21,812 bases of DNA. It comes from an uncultured Aquificales bacterium (GTDB lineage: Bacteria > Thermosulfidibacterota > Thermosulfidibacteria > Thermosulfidibacterales > Thermosulfidibacteraceae). The stretch is taken from the NCBI GenBank assembly GCA_964453345.1, contig CAYVOC010000023.1, positions 1 to 21,812 on the forward strand, in the 5' to 3' direction. Each line of letters opens with the position of its first letter. Positions within the stretch are counted from its first letter, which is position 1. The notes under the pieces were generated by a model, which had not been told where the DNA came from, searched no databases, and saw only the letters and a list, made by a program, of their open reading frames with translations. The translations under genes and the position numbers were made by a program. Positions 9,047 to 18,240 of the stretch are shown here, piece by piece.

Positions 9047-10623
9047 CACATCCTCCTTTTAAAAAGGGCATCCAAATCAGACCTTTTTAGCTTCACTACC
9101 ACAGGCCTCCCGTGGGGACAAGTAAGATCCGTTCCCCTTTCCTCCAGAATCCGAGCCACCTTCAGCCCATCGTAGTAAAGGCTTCTGTCGCCCGCCTTGA
9201 CCGCAGCCCTGCAGGCAACCCTCGCTATCTCCTCATGGGAGGGATTCACCGGGATCCCTTCCTCCACCATCCTCTTCAGAACAGACATTTCCCGCCCATA
9301 GGCCCACTTGGGAACAGCAACCAGAAGGCTTCCGTCCTCCTCAAATCTGAAACCAAGGGGCTCCAGATACTCCACCCACTCGGACAGATCAAAATCCAAG
9401 GGGAGAAACACGGGCAGGCTCTCCTGCCTCTTCTCAAGCAACTGCTCGAAGAGCAATCTCTCGTGCAGGGCATGCTTGTCCACCAAAAGAAGCTGCTCTT
9501 CCTGAAGATCCTCAAATAACATGTAAACGGAAGCGAACTCCCCCAAAAATCTATATCTTCCTATTTTTCCAGAATCCCCATGGAAAAGGGAAGGCTGCTG
9601 AGCATCTCTATATACAACAGGCTCGGACAGGCACTTTGAGCCTTCCGCGGAATAGGAGTATGCCACACCCTGCCTCGTCCCCAAGGCCTCAAGCAGGGTC
9701 CTCTCCACCTCCGCATGAACCTTGGCCCTCGACCTGAACCTGACCTCCCTCTTCGTGGGATGGACATTCACATCCACATCCCGGGGATCAAGGTTTAAAA
9801 ACAGAACAACGGAGGGCGTATCCCTACCCACGAACCTCTGCTTCAAAAGCCCTCTGATCAAAAGCATGAGAGACCTATCGGAAACCGCGCGCCCATTAAC
9901 AAAGAAGTAAAAATCCGAAGTCGTTGTAGAAACCAAATAGAGGGTTGCCATCCCCCGGGAAAGGCCGGCGAGTATCTCCCCCCCAAGCACCCTCTTTATC
10001 CTCTCCTCCGGGCCTTCCTGGGGCAGATTATACAGCAGCTCCTCCCCCTCCCAGTATTTAAAGGCGACCTTGGGATAGGCGATGGCATACTCCTTTACGA
10101 TCCTTCTTACATGCTCCTGCTCGATTCTCTTGCTTCTAAGAAACCTCCTTCTCGCCCTGAGGTTGAAGAAGAGCCTCTCAACCCTGACGGTGGTTCCGGC
10201 CTCCGCCCTGTAAACCCTGTCAACTCCCTTTAAAATCCCACCTTCGATTTTTATGCGGGCGGCAAGCTCATCCTCCCTCCTTCTGGTGATCAGGGTAAAT
10301 ACAGAAACGGAAGATATGGCATACAGGGCCTCCCCCCTGAAACCCAGGGTGCTTATACGCCCCAGATCCTCCTCCGAAGAGATCTTGCTCGTCGTGTGCC
10401 TTTCAACGGCAAGAAGCGCCTCCTCCTCCCCCATTCCGGTGCCGTTGTCGGAAACCTCTATGAGGGATTTGCCCCCATCCTCCACCCTGATAACAACGCA
10501 AGAAGCACCAGCATCCAGGGAGTTTTCCACAAGCTCCTTAACAACAGAGGCGGGGCGCTCCACCACCTCCCCGGCTGCTATACGCTTGATCAGAGAGGGT
10601 GGCAGGCGCCTTATACGGGACAT
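9046..10623 (-). CDS. mutL: DNA mismatch repair endonuclease MutL (compact, 525 aa)
   Basis: IAAGEVVERPASVVKELVENSLDAGA, TLGFRGEAL, DVNVHPTKREVRF, C-terminal DKHALHERLLFE, ACR, CPHGRP, FKR. Confidence 0.97.
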   Translation of the reverse strand: MSRIRRLPPSLIKRIAAGEVVERPASVVKELVENSLDAGASCVVIRVEDGGKSLIEVSDNGTGMGEEEALLAVERHTTSKISSEEDLGRISTLGFRGEALYAISSVSVFTLITRRREDELAARIKIEGGILKGVDRVYRAEAGTTVRVERLFFNLRARRRFLRSKRIEQEHVRRIVKEYAIAYPKVAFKYWEGEELLYNLPQEGPEERIKRVLGGEILAGLSRGMATLYLVSTTTSDFYFFVNGRAVSDRSLMLLIRGLLKQRFVGRDTPSVVLFLNLDPRDVDVNVHPTKREVRFRSRAKVHAEVERTLLEALGTRQGVAYSYSAEGSKCLSEPVVYRDAQQPSLFHGDSGKIGRYRFLGEFASVYMLFEDLQEEQLLLVDKHALHERLLFEQLLEKRQESLPVFLPLDFDLSEWVEYLEPLGFRFEEDGSLLVAVPKWAYGREMSVLKRMVEEGIPVNPSHEEIARVACRAAVKAGDRSLYYDGLKVARILEERGTDLTCPHGRPVVVKLKRSDLDALFKRRM

Positions 10624-10629
10624 AACAGT

Positions 10630-11346
10630 TTATATACCCAGATAGGCCTTTCTCACCTCGTCGGACTTTTCCAGCTCCTCGCCCGTTCCCTCCATAACGA
10701 TCCGGCCCTCGGCCATAACATAGGCCCAGTCGGTAAGCATAAGGGAAAGATGCACGTTCTGCTCAACCAGAAGCATGGATATGCCTTCATCCCTCAGCTT
10801 CTTTATGGTTTCAAAAACATCCAGAACCAGCTTGGGGGCAAGTCCCAAACTCGGTTCATCAAGGATAAGCAGCTCCGGACAGCCCATAAGACCCCTTCCG
10901 AGGGCCACCATCTGCTGTTCGCCGCCTGACATGGTCCCTGCCTTCTGATGGAGCCTCTCCTTAAGCCTGGGGAAAAGTTCCAAGACAAACTCCAGGCTCT
11001 CCTTGAACCTCGGACGGGCCCTCTTGTTGTAGGCTCCCATCTCAAGGTTTTCATACACCGTCATCTCCGGAAAGAGCATTCTCCCTTCCGGAACCATTAT
11101 GAGACCGAGATCGGCCCTCTTATAGGCGGGAAGATTGGTTATATCCTCGCCCTTAAACACAATCCTCCCCTTCCACGCAGGGATAATACCCGTTATGGCC
11201 CTCAAAAGGGTGCTCTTCCCGGAACCGTTTGATCCTATAATGGTCGTAAGCTTGCCCTTGTAGGCCTTTATACTCACATCCCAGAGTATCTGGACCTCAC
11301 CGTAGCCCGTATCCAGATTTTCCACCTGAAGAATCACCTCAGACAT
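10630..11346 (-). CDS. livF: HAAT-family ABC transporter ATP-binding subunit (LivF-like)
   Basis: GSNGSGKST, VPEGR, FPRLKER..QKAGTMSGGEQQM, LDEPSLGLAP, VEQN. Confidence 0.93.
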   Translation of the reverse strand: MSEVILQVENLDTGYGEVQILWDVSIKAYKGKLTTIIGSNGSGKSTLLRAITGIIPAWKGRIVFKGEDITNLPAYKRADLGLIMVPEGRMLFPEMTVYENLEMGAYNKRARPRFKESLEFVLELFPRLKERLHQKAGTMSGGEQQMVALGRGLMGCPELLILDEPSLGLAPKLVLDVFETIKKLRDEGISMLLVEQNVHLSLMLTDWAYVMAEGRIVMEGTGEELEKSDEVRKAYLGI

Positions 11347-12101
11347 CAGGCAGATCCCTCCTTCTTCACAAGCTTCAAGGCCAGATCGGGATCGCCGAGG
11401 TAGGCCTCTATAACCTTGGGATCGTTGGCCACCTCCTCTGGTGTCCCCTCGGCGATCTTGCGGCCGTAATCGAGCACCATGATTCTATCTGAAACCTTCA
11501 TGATGGCGTGCATAAGATGCTCTATCATGAGGATGGTTATCCCCCTGCTCTTTATACCCTCAATAACCTCCAGCATCTGATCAACCTCTGTGGGATTGAG
11601 ACCGGCAAGCACCTCGTCCAGCAGTATAAGATCCGGCTTGGAAGCCAAGGCCCTGGCCAGCTCAAGCCGCTTCTTCTGAGGAACATTCAACTTGCCTGCA
11701 AGGGTCTCGGCCTTATCCGCAAGCCCAACCGTGTCCAGCACCTCCTCAGCTATGCGAGCCGCATCCTTAAGGCTGGCATTTGCCTTGCCGAAGCACGCCC
11801 CAACCATAACATTCTCAAGGACCGTCAGTTCACTCAGAGGTTTGACTATCTGGTGGGTCCTCGCAATACCGAGCCTTGCCCTTTTGAAGGGGGGCATCTT
11901 GGTTATATCCCTTCCCTTGAAAAAGACCTTTCCCCTTTCAGGGAAGTAGACCCCGCTTATCACATTGAACAGAGTGGTCTTACCAGCACCGTTCGGGCCT
12001 ATAACTCCAAATATCTCCCCTTCCTTAACCTCAAAGCTCACATCGTTAACGGCCACGAGGCCGCCGAACATCTTGGTTGCACCCTCAACCTTCAGTATCA
12101 T
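11346..12101 (-). CDS. livG: HAAT-family ABC transporter ATP-binding subunit (LivG-like)
   Basis: [50 protein letters not shown]. Confidence 0.93.
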   Translation of the reverse strand: MILKVEGATKMFGGLVAVNDVSFEVKEGEIFGVIGPNGAGKTTLFNVISGVYFPERGKVFFKGRDITKMPPFKRARLGIARTHQIVKPLSELTVLENVMVGACFGKANASLKDAARIAEEVLDTVGLADKAETLAGKLNVPQKKRLELARALASKPDLILLDEVLAGLNPTEVDQMLEVIEGIKSRGITILMIEHLMHAIMKVSDRIMVLDYGRKIAEGTPEEVANDPKVIEAYLGDPDLALKLVKKEGSA

Positions 12102-13060
12102 TCCAGAACCCCTCTGAGCTTCTTAAATTTATCCCTTAGATAGCCCACAAGGCCTCCAGGCGCAAAAAGAACAATCACAAGAAGGACAAAACCCGAAATG
12201 GCAAGGTGAAGATTTTTAAAAAGATCGCTCACAAGAAGAATCCCCTTCAACCTCTCGTAGATCATTGCGCCAATAACGGGACCGCTAACCGTTCCGTATC
12301 CACCAAGCATCACCATGAAGATCATCTCTATGGACTTCACAAGATGGAAGGCGTCCTCGGGCTCAATGTTGCCGGACTTGAAGAAGAACACCGCCCCCAC
12401 AAGTCCGGGGAAGAAGGCCGAAAAGGCGTAGGCTAAACTCTTGAACCGTTTGGTGTTCACCCCCAAAACAACCGCCGCATCCTCGTCCTCCCTTATGGAG
12501 AACAAACCCAGACCGAACTTGGAGGTCTTTATGAGATACGAAACCAGCACGGTAATAACGGCCACAGCCACCATGATGTAATAGGCATACCATATGGCCT
12601 TGGCGGCTCCTCCGTAGGTCCTGTAGATTTTGAAGTTGAAAAACATTCCGGTTGCCCCACCGAGGAAGTTCAAATTGGTCACCAGGGACTTTATAGCCTC
12701 GTTAACGCCTATGGTCGCTATGGCGAAAATAGCGCCCCTGAGCCTCAAAACCGCTTCCCCAACGGCAAGGGCAACCAGAGCGGCCGCAACGCCTCCTGCA
12801 AGCATGGCGGGTATCAGATGAAGGCCGAGTTTGTGCATGAGGTAAAAGGCGACGTATCCACCTATGCCGTAGAAGACTATATGGCCGAAGCTGACGTATC
12901 CCGTGTATCCCATTATGATGTTCAGGCTGGCTGCAAGAGTAACATACATGAGAATTATAAAGACGGTTTCCCTCGCTATCACCGATTTAGTCACCACAGG
13001 ATAGGCTGAAACAGCCAAAAGCAGCGGAATAAGCCAGAACAGTGTATATCCCCTCTTCAT
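12098..13060 (-). CDS. livM: HAAT-family ABC transporter permease (LivM-like)
   Basis: [38 protein letters not shown], multiple TM segments. Confidence 0.92.
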   Translation of the reverse strand: MKRGYTLFWLIPLLLAVSAYPVVTKSVIARETVFIILMYVTLAASLNIIMGYTGYVSFGHIVFYGIGGYVAFYLMHKLGLHLIPAMLAGGVAAALVALAVGEAVLRLRGAIFAIATIGVNEAIKSLVTNLNFLGGATGMFFNFKIYRTYGGAAKAIWYAYYIMVAVAVITVLVSYLIKTSKFGLGLFSIREDEDAAVVLGVNTKRFKSLAYAFSAFFPGLVGAVFFFKSGNIEPEDAFHLVKSIEMIFMVMLGGYGTVSGPVIGAMIYERLKGILLVSDLFKNLHLAISGFVLLVIVLFAPGGLVGYLRDKFKKLRGVLE

Positions 13061-13065
13061 TCCTC

Positions 13066-13920
13066 CTACTCCTTCCCCAGCAGTCCAGAAGGTTTAACCA
13101 GAAGAATAACCACAAGGATCAGAAACTCTAAAAAGGGCACATAGCCCACGGGTATCTTCAGGGTCAGCACATTCTCAAGCAACCCCAGAAGGATACCTCC
13201 CGCCAGAGCCCCCAGAGGGCTTCCCAATCCTCCGAGAACGCATATAACAAAGCTCTTAAGCTCATAAACGCCGCCGGAAAGAATGGTGAAGGGGAAAACA
13301 GCAGCTATCAGAGCACCCGCAACCATGGCAAGGGCAACGCCTATTCCAAAGGATAGAGAAAGTATGTAGTTGGTATTTATGCCCATGAACTTCGCAGCCA
13401 CCTGATTCATGGAGACGGCCCTCACGGCCTTGCCCGTCCAGGTCTTGTAAAGGAAAAGGTAAAGAAGGATCGTGAAAACAAGCGAGTAGATCCCGGTAAG
13501 CACCTTCACCGTAGGAATGTAGGTTCCGAAGAGCCTGATGGAGCCAAGCCCTGTATCGATGGCCCTGGGATTAGTGGTGAAAAAGAAGGTGCCCAGACCT
13601 ATTATGATCAGACTCAGAGAATAGGTGGAAAGAAGGGTGGAGAGTTCAGAGGCGTTGATAACCCTGTGAAGAGCGATAAAGTAGGCAACCATTCCCACAA
13701 GCAACCCCACAATCAGCACCAGCACAACAGAAACAAAAGGGGAGATGCCTGCAGCGTGAAAGGCAAAGTAAGCTGCAAACATGCCGAGAGCTATGAAGGC
13801 GCCATGGGAAAGGTTGATGACCTTCATGACGCCCCATATCAGGTTAAGGCCCACGGCCGCAAGGCCGTAGGCCAGACCAAGCAAGATCCCGCTTACTATA
13901 GCACTGATCCAGGCATTCAC
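13066..13920 (-). CDS. livH: HAAT-family ABC transporter permease (LivH-like)
   Basis: YGLAAVGLNLIWGVMKVINLSHG, G.AVRAVS.N..AA..MGIN, VLGGLGS, KPSGLLG; GTG start with GAGGAGG. Confidence 0.92.
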   Translation of the reverse strand: MNAWISAIVSGILLGLAYGLAAVGLNLIWGVMKVINLSHGAFIALGMFAAYFAFHAAGISPFVSVVLVLIVGLLVGMVAYFIALHRVINASELSTLLSTYSLSLIIIGLGTFFFTTNPRAIDTGLGSIRLFGTYIPTVKVLTGIYSLVFTILLYLFLYKTWTGKAVRAVSMNQVAAKFMGINTNYILSLSFGIGVALAMVAGALIAAVFPFTILSGGVYELKSFVICVLGGLGSPLGALAGGILLGLLENVLTLKIPVGYVPFLEFLILVVILLVKPSGLLGKE

Positions 13921-13935
13921 AGCTTGCTATCCTCC

Positions 13936-15183
13936 TCAGTATTTCTTGTAGTAGGGATACACAAGCTCAGAAGAAGCGGCGGACTTGGGCCACACGACCT
14001 CCTTGACCAGTTTGCCGCCCTTCTTCTGCCACTGGAGGAAGACCATCTCATGGGCCGCCTGCCTGCCGTAGTAGTCGCCCGTGTCAAACTTTATCCTGCC
14101 GTAGAAGGTCATAATATTCATCTTCTCAAGGGCCTTCACCACCTTTTCCGAATCGAGGCTGCCGGCATCCTCTATGGCCTTCTGGAGAACAAGCCCGGCC
14201 ACAAATCCGCCCGCCGCGTGATAACCGGGGGTCTCGCCGTAGGCCTTTTCATACTCCTTAATAAACCAGTCTGCGGTGGGACCGAACCACTCCACACCGA
14301 GCTTTTCAGCGACCTTCTTGGAATACTTGGCCTTGGGTTCCCACTGGGAGGGAGCCGTGACGTAGAGGGCGGCCTTACCTATCTCGGCAAACTTGGGAAC
14401 GGCGGGCGCAACAAGCAGGGACACCAGCTTCACCTTTATCCTCTGCTCAAAGATCTGTCTGGCAAAGGTCTCTCCATCGGCGAAATGACCACCACCTATA
14501 ATGGCATCGGGCTTGACTGAGGCTATCTTGTTGAGGAAGGAGGTGAAGTCCGTCGTTCCCTTGGCATAGGACTCAAAGAGGACAACCTTGAAGCCCTTCT
14601 TCTCAGCATACCTTTCGGCGGCAGTGGCAACCGCCTTGGCAAAGTTGCTCTGCTCATAGATTATGGCAACCTTCTTGGCAGAAGGATCAACGGCCCTAAG
14701 CATGTCGAGGGCACCGGTGAGGTAGCGGCTGGCAGGGGTGTAGATCTGGAAGACATGGGTATAGCCCTTGTTGAAGATGCTATCGGATGCGGCACCAACC
14801 GCCATCATAACCTTGCCATACTGCTCGGCGATTATGGCAGCGGAGGCGGTAAGACCTGAGCTGTAAGGGCTGATGAGAAAATCCGCACCATCCTTGTTGA
14901 TAAGCCTCACATAGAGCTGCTGGACCCTGTCCTTGCTGCTCTCGTCATCGTAGTAGACGAACTTGACGGGAAGCCTTTTGCCCAAGGACTTAACATAGAT
15001 GCCCCCCTTGGAGTTAACCCACTTCTGCCAGAGCTTGAGACCATCAAACTGATCCTTGGACTCCGCATTCAGCTTACCCGTCTGGGAGAGGGTAAAGCCT
15101 ATAACAATGGATTTTTTCGCCCAGCTGACCCCTGTAAAACCAATAAACAACAGAAAAGACAAAAGGTAAGCCAACCTCTTCAT
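13936..15183 (-). CDS. HAAT-family (LivK/LivJ-like) periplasmic substrate-binding protein, ligand uncertain
   Basis: Start moved to the ATG at 15183 (GGGAGG RBS, signal peptide MKRLAYLL...VSWA); IG..LSQTG, VNSKGGI, YYDDESS, PYSSG, TFYGRIKFD. Confidence 0.9.
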   Translation of the reverse strand: MKRLAYLLSFLLFIGFTGVSWAKKSIVIGFTLSQTGKLNAESKDQFDGLKLWQKWVNSKGGIYVKSLGKRLPVKFVYYDDESSKDRVQQLYVRLINKDGADFLISPYSSGLTASAAIIAEQYGKVMMAVGAASDSIFNKGYTHVFQIYTPASRYLTGALDMLRAVDPSAKKVAIIYEQSNFAKAVATAAERYAEKKGFKVVLFESYAKGTTDFTSFLNKIASVKPDAIIGGGHFADGETFARQIFEQRIKVKLVSLLVAPAVPKFAEIGKAALYVTAPSQWEPKAKYSKKVAEKLGVEWFGPTADWFIKEYEKAYGETPGYHAAGGFVAGLVLQKAIEDAGSLDSEKVVKALEKMNIMTFYGRIKFDTGDYYGRQAAHEMVFLQWQKKGGKLVKEVVWPKSAASSELVYPYYKKY

Positions 15184-15226
15184 CCCCACACCTCCCTCGG
15201 CAAATTTGATCAAAACCGCTTGGTTT

Positions 15227-15278
15227 AAACTACACCCAAACCCTTCCCCTTTTCAACAACCGGAAAAAGTGATAGTCT
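15227..15278. promoter_or_regulatory. Back-to-back divergent sigma70 promoters (ABC operon / thiDN) with overlapping -35 boxes
   Basis: Minus: TTGAAA (15256-15251), 18 bp, TAGTTT (15232-15227). Plus: TTTTCA (15250-15255), 17 bp, TAGTCT (15273-15278) with TG extended -10. Confidence 0.45.
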
Positions 15279-15285
15279 TCAAAAC

Positions 15286-16620
15286 ATGCTCAAGCTGCTC
15301 AGCATAGCAGGATCGGATCCCTCCGGCGGCGCCGGTATACAGATGGACTTAAAGGTCTTCTCCTCTTTGGGCGCCTACGGCATGGCCATCCCCACCAGCC
15401 TGACCGTTCAGAACACAAGGGGAGTTTATGAGGTAGTTGCCCTTGAGGCAGGGCTGATTTTGGAACAGCTGAAGGCGGTGTTAGACGATGTTGCTCCCCA
15501 TGGAATAAAGATAGGCATGCTGGGAAGAACCGAAATCGCAAGAGAACTGGCCTCCGCTCTAAAGGAATTTTCAGGTCCCATCGTTTTCGATCCTGTGATA
15601 AGGGCCACCACGGGAGGAAAACTGACAGAAGGGGATCTCCAAAACCTGCTCTCCCTCATGAGGATAAGCGCCGCCATAACCCCCAATAGATGGGAACTTG
15701 AAGCCATAACGGGCAAAAGAGGGGTGAGAGAAGCTGTGGATTTTCTGAGGGAGCACGGCGTCACAGGATGCGTGGTGGTAACAGGCGGAGACACCGAGGG
15801 AGAAGAAGCCGAAGATCTGGTAATATGCCCCGGGCTGGAGACGACCCTCTCATCCCCAAAAATAGAGGTTTCACAGGGCACCCATGGAACGGGATGCGCC
15901 TTCTCAAGCGCCCTGCTCTTCTATCTCTGCCAGCTAAAAGACCCCATTGAGGCCTGCCGCAGGGCGAAGGAGTTCATAACCTGCGCCATAAAATATGCGG
16001 TTCCCGTCGGAGAAGGTGTAATTCCGGTAAGACCCGAAGCCAACACAGAGGCAAACGCCCGGAAATTTGTGGTGCTTGAGAGGCTTAAAAAGGCCTACGA
16101 AAGACTAAGGGGAATAAAGAACATCCACAGACTTATTCCTGAAGTCCAGAGCAACTTGGCGGAGGCCATAGAGGGGGCGAAGGGCACAGAGGATGTGGCG
16201 GGCTTTCCGGGAAGGATAGTTAGATTCAAAAGGGAAGTAATAGCACCCGGATGCCCAGAGTTCGGTGCGTCAAGCCATGTGGCCAGAATAGTGCTCACCG
16301 CCATGAGGTTCAATCCGGAATACAGAGCCTGCATGAACATAAAATACAAAGCAGAATGGATAAAAAAGCTTCAGGATGCGGGTTTCTCCGTAAGCCACTT
16401 CAGCAGACAGGAAGAACCCCGGCACATAAAGGAGAGAGAGGGCAGCACCCTGGACTGGGGCACGGAGGTGGCAATAAAAAGGGCCGGCAGGGTCCCTGAC
16501 ATCATCTACGATGAAGGCGATGTGGGCAAGGAACCCATGATAAGGGTTCTGGGCAAAGACAGCTTGGATGTGGTGGAAAAGATAGAGAAGATCTCGCAAG
16601 TCCTACAGGAAGAAGGATAG
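15286..16620 (+). CDS. thiDN: Bifunctional HMP/HMP-P kinase ThiD fused to ThiN-type thiamine-phosphate synthase
   Basis: ThiD: IAGSDPSGGAGIQ.DLK, TVQNT.GV, KIGML, DPV, TPN..E, THGTGCAFSSAL. ThiN: LIPEVQSN, GRIV, PEFGASSHVAR, MNIKY, D.GDVGKEPMIRVLG. Confidence 0.93.
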   Translation: MLKLLSIAGSDPSGGAGIQMDLKVFSSLGAYGMAIPTSLTVQNTRGVYEVVALEAGLILEQLKAVLDDVAPHGIKIGMLGRTEIARELASALKEFSGPIVFDPVIRATTGGKLTEGDLQNLLSLMRISAAITPNRWELEAITGKRGVREAVDFLREHGVTGCVVVTGGDTEGEEAEDLVICPGLETTLSSPKIEVSQGTHGTGCAFSSALLFYLCQLKDPIEACRRAKEFITCAIKYAVPVGEGVIPVRPEANTEANARKFVVLERLKKAYERLRGIKNIHRLIPEVQSNLAEAIEGAKGTEDVAGFPGRIVRFKREVIAPGCPEFGASSHVARIVLTAMRFNPEYRACMNIKYKAEWIKKLQDAGFSVSHFSRQEEPRHIKEREGSTLDWGTEVAIKRAGRVPDIIYDEGDVGKEPMIRVLGKDSLDVVEKIEKISQVLQEEG

Positions 16621-18240
16621 ACCCCACAGAGCAAGGGCACCCAGCAGAAATACAACCGGCAGAACGGGATACCCCTTGACCCAGCCAACCCTGAATCCCC
16701 AGCAGAAGAGAGCCGCCAGAAAGATCCCTATCCCCGTGGTTGAAACAACGAGTCTGTTGCCCAGCTTCCTCAGCTCCCTGTCCCTTATCTCATCCTGCAG
16801 GACCCGAACCCTCACCCCCTCCTCCCTGATCCTCAGGGCCGCCTCCGTCGCAAGGTTTGAAAACACAACAAGATTATCCCTCAACTGCAAAAGCTCTTTA
16901 TAGATCTTCGCCGCCTCCTCCTTCACCTGCCTCCAGTCAAATCCCCCTGCCACAAACTCGGAAGCGTATGGGGAGACTATATCTATGACACTTACCCCCC
17001 TGCACAGCTGCTTGACGGTCCCATCCACTATGAGCATGGCCCTTGCAAGCATCAAAAACTCCACCGGGAACCTGACGCCATACCTCATAGAAATCCCCAC
17101 AATCTTCTGAACTATCTCGCCCACATTTATCCTTTCAAGGGACTGGGAAAGATAGGGATCCACAAGCCCCATAAGCTCAAGTTTGAAGCGTCTCTCATCC
17201 ATGCGCTCAACAAGCCCCATCCTCTTGTAGGCATCAACTATGGCGTCGTAGTCCCTTCTCACTATCGCAACAAAGACTCTCTTCACGAACTCCCTCATAT
17301 CCCTGTCGAGGAATCCCACCATTCCAAAATCGATCAGGTATAAATTTCCATCCTTCCCGATAATCACATTGGCCGGATGGGGATCCGCATGAAAGACTCC
17401 CCCCTCAAGCACCTGCCTCAAAAAGGCCACCGCAAGTCTTTGAGCCATCTCGCATGCCTCATCCGTGGAAAGATCGGCATCCTCAAGGTTTTTGCCCTCC
17501 ACATAATCCATAACCAGAACCCTCTTTGTAGTGAGATCCCAGTGAACCTCCGGAACCCTGACCCCTTCCTCCAAAAGCACAGACCCTATGCGCTCCAGAT
17601 TGGCCGCCTCCACCCTGAAGTCCATCTCCCTCCTTATAGTGAAGGCGAACTCGTCCACCAGCCGCGGGAAATCGTATATCCTCAGCTCCTCAAAGTGTCT
17701 GTGAAGGATATTGGCTATCCTTGAAAGAACCGCCAGATCAAGGTCCACCACCTCTTCTATGCCCGGTCTTCTCACCTTCAGAACCACCTTTCTGCCGTCG
17801 GCAAGCGTCGCCCTGTGGACCTGCGCTATGGACGCAGAACCAACCGGAACAGGATCAACCTCCACGAACAGAGATTCCCACTCCTCTCCAAACTCCTCCT
17901 CCAGAATCCTCTGAACCTCGGGCCAGGGGGAAGGGGGCACCTCATCCCTCAACTTCATCAGCTCGGAAATCCACTCCTCAGGCAGAATATCCGCCCGGGT
18001 GCTGAGAACCTGCCCCAGCTTCACAAAGGTAGGGCCAAGGCTTTCAAGCGCCCTCCTGAAGCGGACCTGGGGAGGATCGGAGGGCACCTTTTTGCCCCAG
18101 ATCCACCTCTTGAGAAGATACCAGGGGGTTCTGGGCAGAACAAAGACCTCTATCCCGTAAGCGAGGAAGGTGTTTATTACCTGCCTCAGGCGCCTTGCTT
18201 CCCTGTATCTCGACACGATTCGGAAGATGGGGACTCCCAT
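16603..18240 (-). CDS. UbiB/ABC1 family atypical kinase-like protein
   Basis: LGPTFVKLGQVLSTRAD, SASIAQVHRA, KVRRPGI, E.DFR.EA.N, FHADPHPAN, IDFGMVG; two C-terminal TM helices. Confidence 0.93.
   Translation of the reverse strand: MGVPIFRIVSRYREARRLRQVINTFLAYGIEVFVLPRTPWYLLKRWIWGKKVPSDPPQVRFRRALESLGPTFVKLGQVLSTRADILPEEWISELMKLRDEVPPSPWPEVQRILEEEFGEEWESLFVEVDPVPVGSASIAQVHRATLADGRKVVLKVRRPGIEEVVDLDLAVLSRIANILHRHFEELRIYDFPRLVDEFAFTIRREMDFRVEAANLERIGSVLLEEGVRVPEVHWDLTTKRVLVMDYVEGKNLEDADLSTDEACEMAQRLAVAFLRQVLEGGVFHADPHPANVIIGKDGNLYLIDFGMVGFLDRDMREFVKRVFVAIVRRDYDAIVDAYKRMGLVERMDERRFKLELMGLVDPYLSQSLERINVGEIVQKIVGISMRYGVRFPVEFLMLARAMLIVDGTVKQLCRGVSVIDIVSPYASEFVAGGFDWRQVKEEAAKIYKELLQLRDNLVVFSNLATEAALRIREEGVRVRVLQDEIRDRELRKLGNRLVVSTTGIGIFLAALFCWGFRVGWVKGYPVLPVVFLLGALALWGLSFFL

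Noticed and set aside
13666-14520. 284-aa plus-strand ORF; also 19299-20195 and 20330-21184
   Set aside because: Antisense to well-supported liv, lld and PII genes; no recognisable domains.
15184-15285. TPP riboswitch upstream of thiDN
   Set aside because: No CTGAGA-type core motif, and the 102-nt gap is occupied by two promoter candidates.
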